Assembly: GCA_964057225.1 (NCBI GenBank)
Contig: OZ059896.1
Span: 19,592,001 to 19,656,000 of the forward strand
Source of the DNA: Auanema rhodensis
Lineage: Eukaryota; Animalia; Nematoda
Length of the DNA: 64,000 nt
Direction of reading: 5' to 3'
The position numbers were made by a program, and so were the translations under genes. Shown here in pieces: positions 1 to 15,300 of the stretch (position 1 is the stretch's first letter; each line of letters begins with the position of its first letter). The notes under the pieces were generated by a model that made no database searches, was not told where the DNA came from, and was given only the letters and a program-made list of their open reading frames with translations.

Positions 1-3000
1 TATTCAACGAAAAAATTAATTCTTCAGGGTGAAAATCGAGGATATAAGTGTGAACTTATATCAGTTGATATCTCGGTGCATTTTTAAGCTAGCGCAAATC
101 TCATAACACAGATCGACGCAGCTTAAAAATCCGCATCGAATGCACTATACTACATTGAGAAACGCTTAATACAAAAATTAGTTATGATCGTTTGAAAAAT
201 GATGCATTAGTGTATGTTGAGTTTCCATGTACACTCAACATTGCTTCCAAAAACATTTTGACAAAAATTTTTTCGAAAAATTTCAAAATAATTTAGCAAA
301 AAGTAGATGTTTTTAGATTCCTTTTTTCAAGGCAAAGACGATGGACAATGTTATTCAACAAAAAAATTAATTCTTCAGGGTGAAAATCGAGGATATAAGT
401 GTGAACTTATATCAGTTGATATATCGGTGCATTTTTAAGCTAGCGCAAATCTGATAACACAGATCGACGCAGCTTAAAAATCCGCATCGAATGCACTATA
501 CTACATTGAGAAACGCTTAATACAAAAATTAGTTATGATCGTTTGAAAAATGATGCATTAGTGTATGTTGAGTTTCCATGTACACTCAACATTGCTTCCA
601 AAAACATTTTGACAAAAATTTTTTCGAAAAATTTCAAAATAATTTAGCAAAAAGTAGATGTTTTTAGATTCCTTTTTTCAAGGCAAAGACGATGGACAAT
701 GTTATTCAACGAAAAAATTAATTCTTCAGGGTGAAAATCGAGGATATAAGTGTGAACTTATATCAGTTGATATATCGGTGCATTTTTAAGCTAGCGCAAA
801 TCTGATAACACAGATCAACGCAGCTTAAAAATCCGCATCGAATGCACTATACTACATTGAGAAACGCTTAATACAAAAATTAGTTATGATCGTTTGAAAA
901 ATGATGCATTAGTGTATGTTGAGTTTCCATGTACACTCAACATTGCTTCCAAAAACATTTTGACAAAAATTTTTTTGAAAAATTTCAAAATAATTTAGCA
1001 AAAAGTAGATGTTTTTAGATTCCTATTTTCAAGGCAAAGATGATGGACAATGTTATTCAACGAAAAAATTAATTCTTCAGGGTGAAAATCGAGGATATAA
1101 GTGTGAACTTATATCAGTTGATATCTCGGTGCATTTTTAAGCTAGCGCAAATCTCATAACACAGATCGACGCAGCTTAAAAATCCGCATCGAATGCACTA
1201 TACTACATTGAGAAACGCTTAATACAAAAATTAGTTATGATCGTTTGAAAAATGATGCATTAGTGTATGTTGAGTTTCCATGTACACTCAACATTGCTTC
1301 CAAAAACATTTTGACAAAAATTTTTTCGAAAAATTTCAAAATAATTTAGCAAAAAGTAGATGTTTTTAGATTCCTTTTTTCAAGGCAAAGACGATGGACA
1401 ATGTTATTCAACGAAAAAATTAATTCTTCAGGGTGAAAATCGAAAATATAAGTGTAAACTTATATCAGTTGATATCTCGGTGCATTTTTAAGCTAGCGCA
1501 AATCTGATAACAAAGATCGACGCAGCTTAAAAATCCGCATCGAATGCACTATACTACATTGAGAAACGCTTAATACAAGAATTAGTTATGATCGTTTGAA
1601 AAATGATGCATTAGTGTATGTTGAGTTTCCATGTACACTCAACATTGCTTCCAAAAACATTTTGACAAAAATTTTTTCGAAAAATTTCAAAATAATTTAG
1701 CAAAAAGTAGATGTTTTTAGATTCCATTTTTCAAGGCAAAGACGATGGACAATGTTATTCAACGAAAAAATTAATTCTTCAGGGTGAAAATCGAGGATAT
1801 AAGTGTAAACTTATATCAGTTGATATCTCGGTGCATTTTTAAGCTAGCGCAAATCTGATAACACAGATCAACGCAGCTTAAAAATCCGCATCGAATGCAC
1901 TATACTACATTGAGAAACGCTTAATACAAAAATTAGTTATGATCGTTTGAAAAATGATGCATTAGTGTATGTTGAGTTTCCATGTACACTCAACATTGCT
2001 TCCAAAAACATTTTGACAAAAATTTTTTTGAAAAATTTCAAAATAATTTAGCAAAAAGTAGATGTTTTTAGATTCCTATTTTCAAGGCAAAGACGATGGA
2101 CAATGTTATTCAACGAAAAAATTAATTCTTCAGGGTGAAAATCGAGGATATAAGTGTAAACTTATATCAGTCGATATCTCGGTGCATTTTTAAGCTAGCG
2201 CAAAACTGATAACACAGATCGACGCAGCTTAAAAATCCGCATCGAATGCACTATACTACATTGAGAAACGCTTAATACAAAAATTAGTTATGATCGTTTG
2301 AAAAATGATGCATTAGTGTATGTTGAGTTTCCATGTACACTCAACATTGCTTCCAAAAACATTTTGACAAAAATTTTTTCGAAAAATTTCAAAATAATTT
2401 AGCAAAAAGTAGATGTTTTTAGATTCCTTTTTTCAAGGCAAAGACGATGGACAATGTTATTCAACGAAAAAATTAATTCTTCAGGGTGAAAATCGAAAAT
2501 ATAAGTGTAAACTTATATCAGTTGATATCTCGGTGCATTTTTAAGCTAGCGCAAATCTGATAACAAAGATCGACGCAGCTTAAAAATCCGCATCGAATGC
2601 ACTATACTACATTGAGAAACGCTTAATACAAGAATTAGTTATGATCGTTTGAAAAATGATGCATTAGTGTATGTTGAGTTTCCATGTACACTCAACATTG
2701 CTTCCAAAAACATTTTGACAAAAATTTTTTCGAAAAATTTCAAAATAATTTAGCAAAAAGTAGATGTTTTTGGATTCCTTTTTTCAAGGCAAAGACGATG
2801 GACAATGTTATTCAACGAAAAAATTAATTCTTCAGGGTGAAAATCGAGGATATAAGTGTGAACTTATATCAGTTGATATCTCGGTGCATTTTTAAGCTAG
2901 CGCAAATCTGATAACACAGATCGAGGCAGCTTAAAAATCCGCATCGAATGCACTATACTACATTGAAAAACGCTTAATACAAGAATTAGTTATGATCGTT

Positions 3001-4212
3001 TGAAAAATGATGCATTAGTGTATGTTGAGTTTCCATGTACACTCAACATTGCTTCCAAAAACATTTTGACAAAAATTTTTTCGAAAAATTTCAAGATAAT
3101 TTAGCAAAAAGTAGATGTTTTTAGATTCCTTTTTTCAAGGCAAAGACGATGGACAATGTTATTCAACGAAAAAATTAATTCTTCAGGGTGAAAATCGAGG
3201 ATATAAGTGTGAACTTATATCAGTTGATATCTCGGTGCATTTTTAAGCTAGCGCAAATCTGATAACACAGATCGACGCAGCTTAAAAATCCGCATCGAAT
3301 GCACTATACTACATTGAGAAACGCTTAATACAAAAATTAGTTATGATCGTTTGAAAAATGATGCATTAGTGTATGTTGAGTTTCCATGTACACTCAACAT
3401 TGCTTCCAAAAACATTTTGACAAAAATTTTTTCGAAAAATTTCAAAATAATTTAGCAAAAAGTAGATGTTTTTGGATTCCTTTTTTCAAGGCAAAGACGA
3501 TGGACAATGTTATTCAACGAAAAAATTAATTCTTCAGGGTGAAAATCGAGGATATAAGTGTGAACTTATATCAGTTGATATCTCGGTGCATTTTTAAGCT
3601 AGCGCAAATCTGATAACACAGATCGAGGCAGCTTAAAAATCCGCATCGAATGCACTATACTACATTGAGAAACGCTTAATACAAGAATTAGTTATGATCG
3701 TTTGAAAAATGATGCATTAGTGTATGTTGAGTTTCCATGTACACTCAACATTGCTTCCAAAAACATTTTGACAAAAATTTTTTCGAAAAATTTCAAGATA
3801 ATTTAGCAAAAAGTAGATGTTTTTAGATTCCTTTTTTCAAGGCAAAGACGATGGACAATGTTATTCAACGAAAAAATTAATTCTTCAGGGTGAAAATCGA
3901 GGATATAAGTGTGAACTTATATCAGTTGATATCTCGGTGCATTTTTAAGCTAGCGCAAATCTGATAACACAGATCGACGCAGCTTAAAAATCCGCATCGA
4001 ATGCACTATACTACATTGAGAAACGCTTAATACAAAAATTAGTTATGATCGTTTGAAAAATGATGCATTAGTGTATGTTGAGTTTCCATGTACACTCAAC
4101 ATTGCTTCCAAAAACATTTTGACAAAAATTTTTTCGAAAAATTTCAAAATAATTTAGCAAAAAGTAGATGTTTTTAGATTCCTTTTTTCAAGGCAAAGAC
4201 GATGGACAATGT

Positions 4213-6318
4213 TATTCAACGAAAAAATTAATTCTTCAGGGTGAAAATCGAGGATATAAGTGTGAACTTATATCAGTTGATATATCGGTGCATTTTTAAG
4301 CTAGCGCAAATCTGATAACACATTTCGACGCAGCTTAAAAATCCGCATCGAATGCACTATACTACATTGAGAAACGCTTAATACAAAAATTAGTTATGAT
4401 CGTTTGAAAAATGATGCATTAGTGTATGTTGAGTTTCCATGTACACTCAACATTGCTTCCAAAAACATTTTGACAAAAATTTTTTCGAAAAATTTCAAAA
4501 TAATTTAGCAAAAAGTAGATGTTTTTGGATTCCTTTTTTCAAGGCAAAGACGATGGACAATGTTATTCAACGAAAAAATTAATTCTTCAGGGTGAAAATC
4601 GAGGATATAAGTGTGAACTTATATCAGTTGATATCTCGGTGCATTTTTAAGCTAGCGCAAATCTGATAACACAGATCGAGGCAGCTTAAAAATCCGCATC
4701 GAATGCACTATACTACATTGAGAAACGCTTAATACAAGAATTAGTTATGATCGTTTGAAAAATGATGCATTAGTGTATGTTGAGTTTCCATGTACACTCA
4801 ACATTGCTTCCAAAAACATTTTGACAAAAATTTTTTCGAAAAATTTCAAGATAATTTAGCAAAAAGTAGATGTTTTTAGATTCCTTTTTTCAAGGCAAAG
4901 ACGATGGACAATGTTATTCAACAAAAAAATTAATTCTTCAGGGTGAAAATCGAGGATATAAGTGTGAACTTATATCAGTTGATATATCGGTGCATTTTTA
5001 AGCTAGCGCAAATCTGATAACACAGATCGACGCAGCTTAAAAATCCGCATCGAATGCACTATACTACATTGAGAAACGCTTAATACAAAAATTAGTTATG
5101 ATCGTTTGAAAAATGATGCATTAGTGTATGTTGAGTTTCCATGTACACTCAACATTGCTTCCAAAAACATTTTGACAAAAATTTTTTCGAAAAATTTCAA
5201 AATAATTTAGCAAAAAGTAGATGTTTTTAGATTCCTTTTTTCAAGGCAAAGACGATGGACAATGTTATTCAACGAAAAAATTAATTCTTCAGGGTGAAAA
5301 TCGAGGATATAAGTGTGAACTTATATCAGTTGATATATCGGTGCATTTTTAAGCTAGCGCAAATCTGATAACACAGATCGACGCAGCTTAAAAATCCGCA
5401 TCGAATGCACTATACTACATTGAGAAACGCTTAATACAAAAATTAGTTATGATCGTTTGAAAAATGATGCATTAGTGTATGTTGAGTTTCCATGTACACT
5501 CAACATTGCTTCCAAAAACATTTTGACAAAAATTTTTTCGAAAAATTTCAAAATAATTTAGCAAAAAGTAGATGTTTTTGGATTCCTTTTTTCAAGGCAA
5601 AGACGATGGACAATGTTATTCAACGAAAAAATTAATTCTTCAGGGTGAAAATCGAGGATATAAGTGTGAACTTATATCAGTTGATATCTCGGTGCATTTT
5701 TAAGCTAGCGCAAATCTGATAACACAGATCGAGGCAGCTTAAAAATCCGCATCGAATGCACTATACTACATTGAGAAACGCTTAATACAAGAATTAGTTA
5801 TGATCGTTTGAAAAATGATGCATTAGTGTATGTTGAGTTTCCATGTACACTCAACATTGCTTCCAAAAACATTTTGACAAAAATTTTTTCGAAAAATTTC
5901 AAGATAATTTAGCAAAAAGTAGATGTTTTTAGATTCCTTTTTTCAAGGCAAAGACGATGGACAATGTTATTCAACAAAAAAATTAATTCTTCAGGGTGAA
6001 AATCGAGGATATAAGTGTGAACTTATATCAGTTGATATATCGGTGCATTTTCAAGCTAGCGCAAATCTGATAACACAGATCGACGCAGCTTAAAAATCCG
6101 CATCGAATGCACTATACTACATTGAGAAACGCTTAATACAAAAATTAGTTATGATCGTTTGAAAAATGATGCATTAGTGTATGTTGAGTTTCCATGTACA
6201 CTCAACATTGCTTCCAAAAACATTTTGACAAAAATTTTTTCGAAAAATTTCAAAATAATTTAGCAAAAAGTAGATGTTTTTAGATTCCTTTTTTCAAGGC
6301 AAAGACGATGGACAATGT
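4213..6318 (+). repeat. Local trimeric (1053-bp) periodicity
   Basis: Units 12-14 and 15-17 both run [C72A,A315G], [C117G,A175G,A287G], [G9A,C72A]. Confidence 0.8.
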
Positions 6319-9300
6319 TATTCAACGAAAAAATTAATTCTTCAGGGTGAAAATCGAGGATATAAGTGTGAACTTATATCAGTTGATATATCGGTGCATT
6401 TTTAAGCTAGCGCAAATCTGATAACACAGATCAACGCAGCTTAAAAATCCGCATCGAATGCACTATACTACATTGAGAAACGCTTAATACAAAAATTAGT
6501 TATGATCGTTTGAAAAATGATGCATTAGTGTATGTTGAGTTTCCATGTACACTCAACATTGCTTCCAAAAACATTTTGACAAAAATTTTTTTGAAAAATT
6601 TCAAAATAATTTAGCAAAAAGTAGATGTTTTTAGATTCCTATTTTCAAGGCAAAGACGATGGACAATGTTATTCAACGAAAAAATTAATTCTTCAGGGTG
6701 AAAATCGAGGATATAAGTGTAAACTTATATCAGTCGATATCTCGGTGCATTTTTAAGCTAGCGCAAAACTGATAACACAGATCGACGCAGCTTAAAAATC
6801 CGCATCGAATGCACTATACTACATTGAGAAACGCTTAATACAAAAATTAGTTATGATCGTTTGAAAAATGATGCATTAGTGTATGTTGAGTTTCCATGTA
6901 CACTCAACATTGCTTCCAAAAACATTTTGACAAAAATTTTTTCGAAAAATTTCAAAATAATTTAGCAAAAAGTAGATATTTTTAGATTCCATTTTTCAAG
7001 GCAAAGACGATAGACAATGTTATTCAACGAAAAAATTAATTCTTCAGGGTGAAAATCGAGGATATAAGTGTAAACTTATATCAGTTGATATATCGGTGCA
7101 TTTTTAAGCTAGCGCAAATCTGATAACACAGATCAACGCAGCTTAAAAATCCGCATCGAATGCACTATACTACATTGAGAAACGCTTAATACAAAAATTA
7201 GTTATGATCGTTTGAAAAATGATGCATTAGTGTATGTTGAGTTTCCATGTACACTCAACATTGCTTCCAAAAACATTTTGACAAAAATTTTTTTGAAAAA
7301 TTTCAAAATAATTTAGCAAAAAGTAGATGTTTTTAGATTCCTATTTTCAAGGCAAAGACGATGGACAATGTTATTCAACGAAAAAATTAATTCTTCAGGG
7401 TGAAAATCGAGGATATAAGTGTAAACTTATATCAGTCGATATCTCGGTGCATTTTTAAGCTAGCGCAAAACTGATAACACAGATCGACGCAGCTTAAAAA
7501 TCCGCATCGAATGCACTATACTACATTGAGAAACGCTTAATACAAAAATTAGTTATGATCGTTTGAAAAATGATGCATTAGTGTATGTTGAGTTTCCATG
7601 TACACTCAACATTGCTTCCAAAAACATTTTGACAAAAATTTTTTCGAAAAATTTCAAAATAATTTAGCAAAAAGTAGATATTTTTAGATTCCATTTTTCA
7701 AGGCAAAGACGATAGACAATGTTATTCAACGAAAAAATTAATTCTTCAGGGTGAAAATCGAGGATATAAGTGTAAACTTATATCAGTTGATATCTCGGTG
7801 CATTTTTAAGCTAGCGCAAATCTGATAACACAGATCGACGCAGCTTAAAAATCCGCATCGAATGCACTATACTACATTGAGAAACGCTTAATACAAAAAT
7901 TAGTTATGATCGTTTGAAAAATGATGCATTAGTGTATGTTGAGTTTCCATGTACACTCAACATTGCTTCCAAAAACATTTTGACAAAAATTTTTTCGAAA
8001 AATTTCAAAATAATTTAGCAAAAAGTAGATGTTTTTAGATTCCTTTTTTCAAGGCAAAGACGATGGACAATGTTATTCAACGAAAAAATTAATTCTTCAG
8101 GGTGAAAATCGAGGATATAAGTGTGAACTTATATCAGTTGATATATCGGTGCATTTTTAAGCTAGCGCAAATCTGATAACACAGATCAACGCAGCTTAAA
8201 AATCCGCATCGAATGCACTATACTACATTGAGAAACGCTTAATACAAAAATTAGTTATGATCGTTTGAAAAATGATGCATTAGTGTATGTTGAGTTTCCA
8301 TGTACACTCAACATTGCTTCCAAAAACATTTTGACAAAAATTTTTTCGAAAAATTTCGAAATAATTTAGCAAAAAGTAGATATTTTTAGATTCCATTTTT
8401 CAAGGCAAAGACGATAGACAATGTTATTCAACGAAAAAATTAATTCTTCAGGGTGAAAATCGAGGATATAAGTGTAAACTTATATCAGTTGATATCTCGG
8501 TGCATTTTTAAGCTAGCGCAAATCTGATAACACAGATCGACGCAGCTTAAAAATCCGCATCGAATGCACTATACTACATTGAGAAACGCTTAATACAAAA
8601 ATTAGTTATGATCGTTTGAAAAATGATGCATTAGTGTATGTTGAGTTTCCATGTACACTCAACATTGCTTCCAAAAACATTTTGACAAAAATTTTTTCGA
8701 AAAATTTCAAAATAATTTAGCAAAAAGTAGATGTTTTTAGATTCCTTTTTTCAAGGCAAAGACGATGGACAATGTTATTCAACGAAAAAATTAATTCTTC
8801 AGGGTGAAAATCGAGGATATAAGTGTGAACTTATATCAGTTGATATATCGGTGCATTTTTAAGCTAGCGCAAATCTGATAACACAGATCAACGCAGCTTA
8901 AAAATCCGCATCGAATGCACTATACTACATTGAGAAACGCTTAATACAAAAATTAGTTATGATCGTTTGAAAAATGATGCATTAGTGTATGTTGAGTTTC
9001 CATGTACACTCAACATTGCTTCCAAAAACATTTTGACAAAAATTTTTTTGAAAAATTTCAAAATAATTTAGCAAAAAGTAGATGTTTTTAGATTCCTATT
9101 TTCAAGGCAAAGACGATGGACAATGTTATTCAACGAAAAAATTAATTCTTCAGGGTGAAAATCGAGGATATAAGTGTAAACTTATATCAGTCGATATCTC
9201 GGTGCATTTTCAAGCTAGCGCAAAACTGATAACACAGATCGACGCAGCTTAAAAATCCGCATCGAATGCACTATACTACATTGAGAAACGCTTAATACAA

Positions 9301-12300
9301 AAATTAGTTATGATCGTTTGAAAAATGATGCATTAGTGTATGTTGAGTTTCCATGTACACTCAACATTGCTTCCAAAAACATTTTGACAAAAATTTTTTC
9401 GAAAAATTTCAAAATAATTTAGCAAAAAGTAGATATTTTTAGATTCCATTTTTTAAGGCAAAGACGATAGACAATGTTATTCAACGAAAAAATTAATTCT
9501 TCAGGGTGAAAATCGAGGATATAAGTGTAAACTTATATCAGTTGATATCTCGGTGCATTTTTAAGCTAGCGCAAATCTGATAACACAGATCGACGCAGCT
9601 TAAAAATCCGCATCGAATGCACTATACTACATTGAGAAACGCTTAATACAAAAATTAGTTATGATCGTTTGAAAAATGATGCATTAGTGTATGTTGAGTT
9701 TCCATGTACACTCAACATTGCTTCCAAAAACATTTTGACAAAAATTTTTTCGAAAAATTTCAAAATAATTTAGCAAAAAGTAGATGTTTTTAGATTCCTT
9801 TTTTCAAGGCAAAGACGATGGACAATGTTATTCAACGAAAAAATTAATTCTTCAGGGTGAAAATCGAAAATATAAGTGTAAACTTATATCAGTTGATATC
9901 TCGGTGCATTTTTAAGCTAGCGCAAATCTGATAACACAGATCGACGCAGCTTAAAAATCCGCATCGAATGCACTATACTACATTGAGAAACGCTTAATAC
10001 AAGAATTAGTTATGATCGTTTGAAAAATGATGCATTAGTGTATGTTGAGTTTCCATGTACACTCAACATTGCTTCCAAAAACATTTTGACAAAAATTTTT
10101 TCGAAAAATTTCAAAATAATTTAGCAAAAAGTAGATGTTTTTAGATTCCTTTTTTCAAGGCAAAGATGATGGACAATGTTATTCAACGAAAAAATTAATT
10201 CTTCAGGGTGAAAATCGAGGATATAAGTGTGAACTTATATCAGTTGATATCTCGGTGCATTTTTAAGCTAGCGCAAATCTCATAACACAGATCGACGCAG
10301 CTTAAAAATCCGCATCGAATGCACTATACTACATTGAGAAACGCTTAATACAAAAATTAGTTATGATCGTTTGAAAAATGATGCATTAGTGTATGTTGAG
10401 TTTCCATGTACACTCAACATTGCTTCCAAAAACATTTTGACAAAAATTTTTTCGAAAAATTTCAAAATAATTTAGCAAAAAGTAGATGTTTTTAGATTCC
10501 TTTTTTCAAGGCAAAGACGATGGACAATGTTATTCAACGAAAAAATTAATTCTTCAGGGTGAAAATCGAAAATATAAGTGTAAACTTATATCAGTTGATA
10601 TCTCGGTGCATTTTTAAGCTAGCGCAAATCTGATAACACAGATCGACGCAGCTTAAAAATCCGCATCGAATGCACTATACTACATTGAGAAACGCTTAAT
10701 ACAAAAATTAGTTATGATCGTTTGAAAAATGATGCATTAGTGTATGTTGAGTTTCCATGTACACTCAACATTGCTTCCAAAAACATTTTGACAAAAATTT
10801 TTTCGAAAAATTTCAAAATAATTTAGCAAAAAGTAGATGTTTTTGGATTCCTTTTTTCAAGGCAAAGACGATGGACAATGTTATTCAACGAAAAAATTAA
10901 TTCTTCAGGGTGAAAATCGAGGATATAAGTGTGAACTTATATCAGTTGATATCTCGGTGCATTTTTAAGCTAGCGCAAATCTGATAACACAGATCGAGGC
11001 AGCTTAAAAATCCGCATCGAATGCACTATACTACATTGAGAAACGCTTAATACAAGAATTAGTTATGATCGTTTGAAAAATGATGCATTAGTGTATGTTG
11101 AGTTTCCATGTACACTCAACATTGCTTCCAAAAACATTTTGACAAAAATTTTTTCGAAAAATTTCAAGATAATTTAGCAAAAAGTAGATGTTTTTAGATT
11201 CCTTTTTTCAAGGCAAAGACGATGGACAATGTTATTCAACAAAAAAATTAATTCTTCAGGGTGAAAATCGAAAATATAAGTGTAAACTTATATCAGTTGA
11301 TATCTCGGTGCATTTTTAAGCTAGCGCAAATCTGATAACACAGATCGACGCAGCTTAAAAATCCGCATCGAATGCACTATACTACATTGAGAAACGCTTA
11401 ATACAAGAATTAGTTATGATCGTTTGAAAAATGATGCATTAGTGTATGTTGAGTTTCCATGTACACTCAACATTGCTTCCAAAAACATTTTGACAAAAAT
11501 TTTTTCGAAAAATTTCAAAATAATTTAGCAAAAAGTAGATGTTTTTAGATTCCTTTTTTCAAGGCAAAGATGATGGACAATGTTATTCAACGAAAAAATT
11601 AATTCTTCAGGGTGAAAATCGAGGATATAAGTGTGAACTTATATCAGTTGATATCTCGGTGCATTTTTAAGCTAGCGCAAATCTCATAACACAGATCGAC
11701 GCAGCTTAAAAATCCGCATCGAATGCACTATACTACATTGAGAAACGCTTAATACAAAAATTAGTTATGATCGTTTGAAAAATGATGCATTAGTGTATGT
11801 TGAGTTTCCATGTACACTCAACATTGCTTCCAAAAACATTTTGACAAAAATTTTTTCGAAAAATTTCAAAATAATTTAGCAAAAAGTAGATGTTTTTAGA
11901 TTCCTTTTTTCAAGGCAAAGACGATGGACAATGTTATTCAACGAAAAAATTAATTCTTCAGGGTGAAAATCGAGGATATAAGTGTGAACTTATATCAGTT
12001 GATATCTCGGTGCATTTTTAAGCTAGCGCAAATCTGATAACACAGATCGACGCAGCTTAAAAATCCGCATCGAATGCACTATACTACATTGAGAAACGCT
12101 TAATACAAAAATTAGTTATGATCGTTTGAAAAATGATGCATTAGTGTATGTTGAGTTTCCATGTACACTCAACATTGCTTCCAAAAACATTTTGACAAAA
12201 ATTTTTTCGAAAAATTTCAAAATAATTTAGCAAAAAGTAGATGTTTTTGGATTCCTTTTTTCAAGGCAAAGACGATGGACAATGTTATTCAACGAAAAAA

Positions 12301-15300
12301 TTAATTCTTCAGGGTGAAAATCGAGGATATAAGTGTGAACTTATATCAGTTGATATCTCGGTGCATTTTTAAGCTAGCGCAAATCTGATAACACAGATCG
12401 AGGCAGCTTAAAAATCCGCATCGAATGCACTATACTACATTGAGAAACGCTTAATACAAGAATTAGTTATGATCGTTTGAAAAATGATGCATTAGTGTAT
12501 GTTGAGTTTCCATGTACACTCAACATTGCTTCCAAAAACATTTTGACAAAAATTTTTTCGAAAAATTTCAAGATAATTTAGCAAAAAGTAGATGTTTTTA
12601 GATTCCTTTTTTCAAGGCAAAGACGATGGACAATGTTATTCAACAAAAAAATTAATTCTTCAGGGTGAAAATCGAGGATATAAGTGTGAACTTATATCAG
12701 TTGATATATCGGTGCATTTTTAAGCTAGCGCAAATCTGATAACACAGATCGACGCAGCTTAAAAATCCGCATCGAATGCACTATACTACATTGAGAAACG
12801 CTTAATACAAAAATTAGTTATGATCGTTTGAAAAATGATGCATTAGTGTATGTTGAGTTTCCATGTACACTCAACATTGCTTCCAAAAACATTTTGACAA
12901 AAATTTTTTCGAAAAATTTCAAAATAATTTAGCAAAAAGTAGATGTTTTTAGATTCCTTTTTTCAAGGCAAAGACGATGGACAATGTTATTCAACGAAAA
13001 AATTAATTCTTCAGGGTGAAAATCGAGGATATAAGTGTGAACTTATATCAGTTGATATATCGGTGCATTTTTAAGCTAGCGCAAATCTGATAACACAGAT
13101 CGACGCAGCTTAAAAATCCGCATCGAATGCACTATACTACATTGAGAAACGCTTAATACAAAAATTAGTTATGATCGTTTGAAAAATGATGCATTAGTGT
13201 ATGTTGAGTTTCCATGTACACTCAACATTGCTTCCAAAAACATTTTGACAAAAATGTTTTCGAAAAATTTCAAAATAATTTAGCAAAAAGTAGATGTTTT
13301 TAGATTCCTTTTTTCAAGGCAAAGACGATGGACAATGTTATTCAACGAAAAAATTAATTCTTCAGGGTGAAAATCGAGGATATAAGTGTGAACTTATATC
13401 AGTTGATATCTCGGTGCATTTTTAAGCTAGCGCAAATCTGATAACACAGATCGAGGCAGCTTAAAAATCCGCATCGAATGCACTATACTACATTGAGAAA
13501 CGCTTAATACAAGAATTAGTTATGATCGTTTGAAAAATGATGCATTAGTGTATGTTGAGTTTCCATGTACACTCAACATTGCTTCCAAAAACATTTTGAC
13601 AAAAATGTTTTCGAAAAATTTCAAAATAATTTAGCAAAAAGTAGATGTTTTTAGATTCCTTTTTTCAAGGCAAAGACGATGGACAATGTTATTCAACGAA
13701 AAAATTAATTCTTCAGGGTGAAAATCGAGGATATAAGTGTGAACTTATATCAGTTGATATCTCGGTGCATTTTTAAGCTAGCGCAAATCTGATAACACAG
13801 ATCGAGGCAGCTTAAAAATCCGCATCGAATGCACTATACTACATTGAGAAACGCTTAATACAAGAATTAGTTATGATCGTTTGAAAAATGATGCATTAGT
13901 GTATGTTGAGTTTCCATGTACACTCAACATTGCTTCCAAAAACATTTTGACAAAAATTTTTTCGAAAAATTTCAAGATAATTTAGCAAAAAGTAGATGTT
14001 TTTAGATTCCTTTTTTCAAGGCAAAGACGATGGACAATGTTATTCAACAAAAAAATTAATTCTTCAGGGTGAAAATCGAGGATATAAGTGTGAACTTATA
14101 TCAGTTGATATATCGGTGCATTTTTAAGCTAGCGCAAATCTGATAACACAGATCGACGCAGCTTAAAAATCCGCATCGAATGCACTATACTACATTGAGA
14201 AACGCTTAATACAAAAATTAGTTATGATCGTTTGAAAAATGATGCATTAGTGTATGTTGAGTTTCCATGTACACTCAACATTGCTTCCAAAAACATTTTG
14301 ACAAAAATTTTTTCGAAAAATTTCAAAATAATTTAGCAAAAAGTAGATGTTTTTAGATTCCTTTTTTCAAGGCAAAGACGATGGACAATGTTATTCAACG
14401 AAAAAATTAATTCTTCAGGGTGAAAATCGAGGATATAAGTGTGAACTTATATCAGTTGATATATCGGTGCATTTTTAAGCTAGCGCAAATCTGATAACAC
14501 AGATCGACGCAGCTTAAAAATCCGCATCGAATGCACTATACTACATTGAGAAACGCTTAATACAAAAATTAGTTATGATCGTTTGAAAAATGATGCATTA
14601 GTGTATGTTGAGTTTCCATGTACACTCAACATTGCTTCCAAAAACATTTTGACAAAAATGTTTTCGAAAAATTTCAAAATAATTTAGCAAAAAGTAGATG
14701 TTTTTAGATTCCTTTTTTCAAGGCAAAGACGATGGACAATGTTATTCAACGAAAAAATTAATTCTTCAGGGTGAAAATCGAGGATATAAGTGTGAACTTA
14801 TATCAGTTGATATCTCGGTGCATTTTTAAGCTAGCGCAAATCTGATAACACAGAACGACGCAGCTTAAAAATCCGCATCGAATGCACTATACTACATTGA
14901 GTAACGCTTAATACAAAAATTAGTTATGATCGTTTGAAAAATGATGCATTAGTGTATGTTGAGTTTCCATGTACACTCAACATTGCTTCCAAAAACATTT
15001 TGACAAAAATGTTTTCGAAAAGTTTCAAAATAATTTAGCAAAAAGTAGATGTTTTTAGATTCCTTTTTTCAAGGCAAAAACGATGGACAATGTTATTCAA
15101 CGAAAAAATTAATTCTTCAGGGTGAAAATCGAGGATATAAGTGTGAACTTATATCAGTTGATATATCGGTGCATTTTTAAGCTAGCGCAAATCTGATAAC
15201 ACAGAACGACGCAGCTTAAAAATCCGCATCGAATGCACTATACTACATTGAGAAACGCTTAATACAAAAATTAGTTATGATCGTTTGAAAAATGATGCAT

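Noticed and set aside
1-351. Identity with a named satellite (e.g. Drosophila 359-bp/1.688 family) or a 5S, tRNA or spliced-leader tandem gene unit
   Set aside because: Only the length and AT content are similar. I recognise no matching sequence, cloverleaf, Pol III A/B/C boxes or spliced-leader motif.
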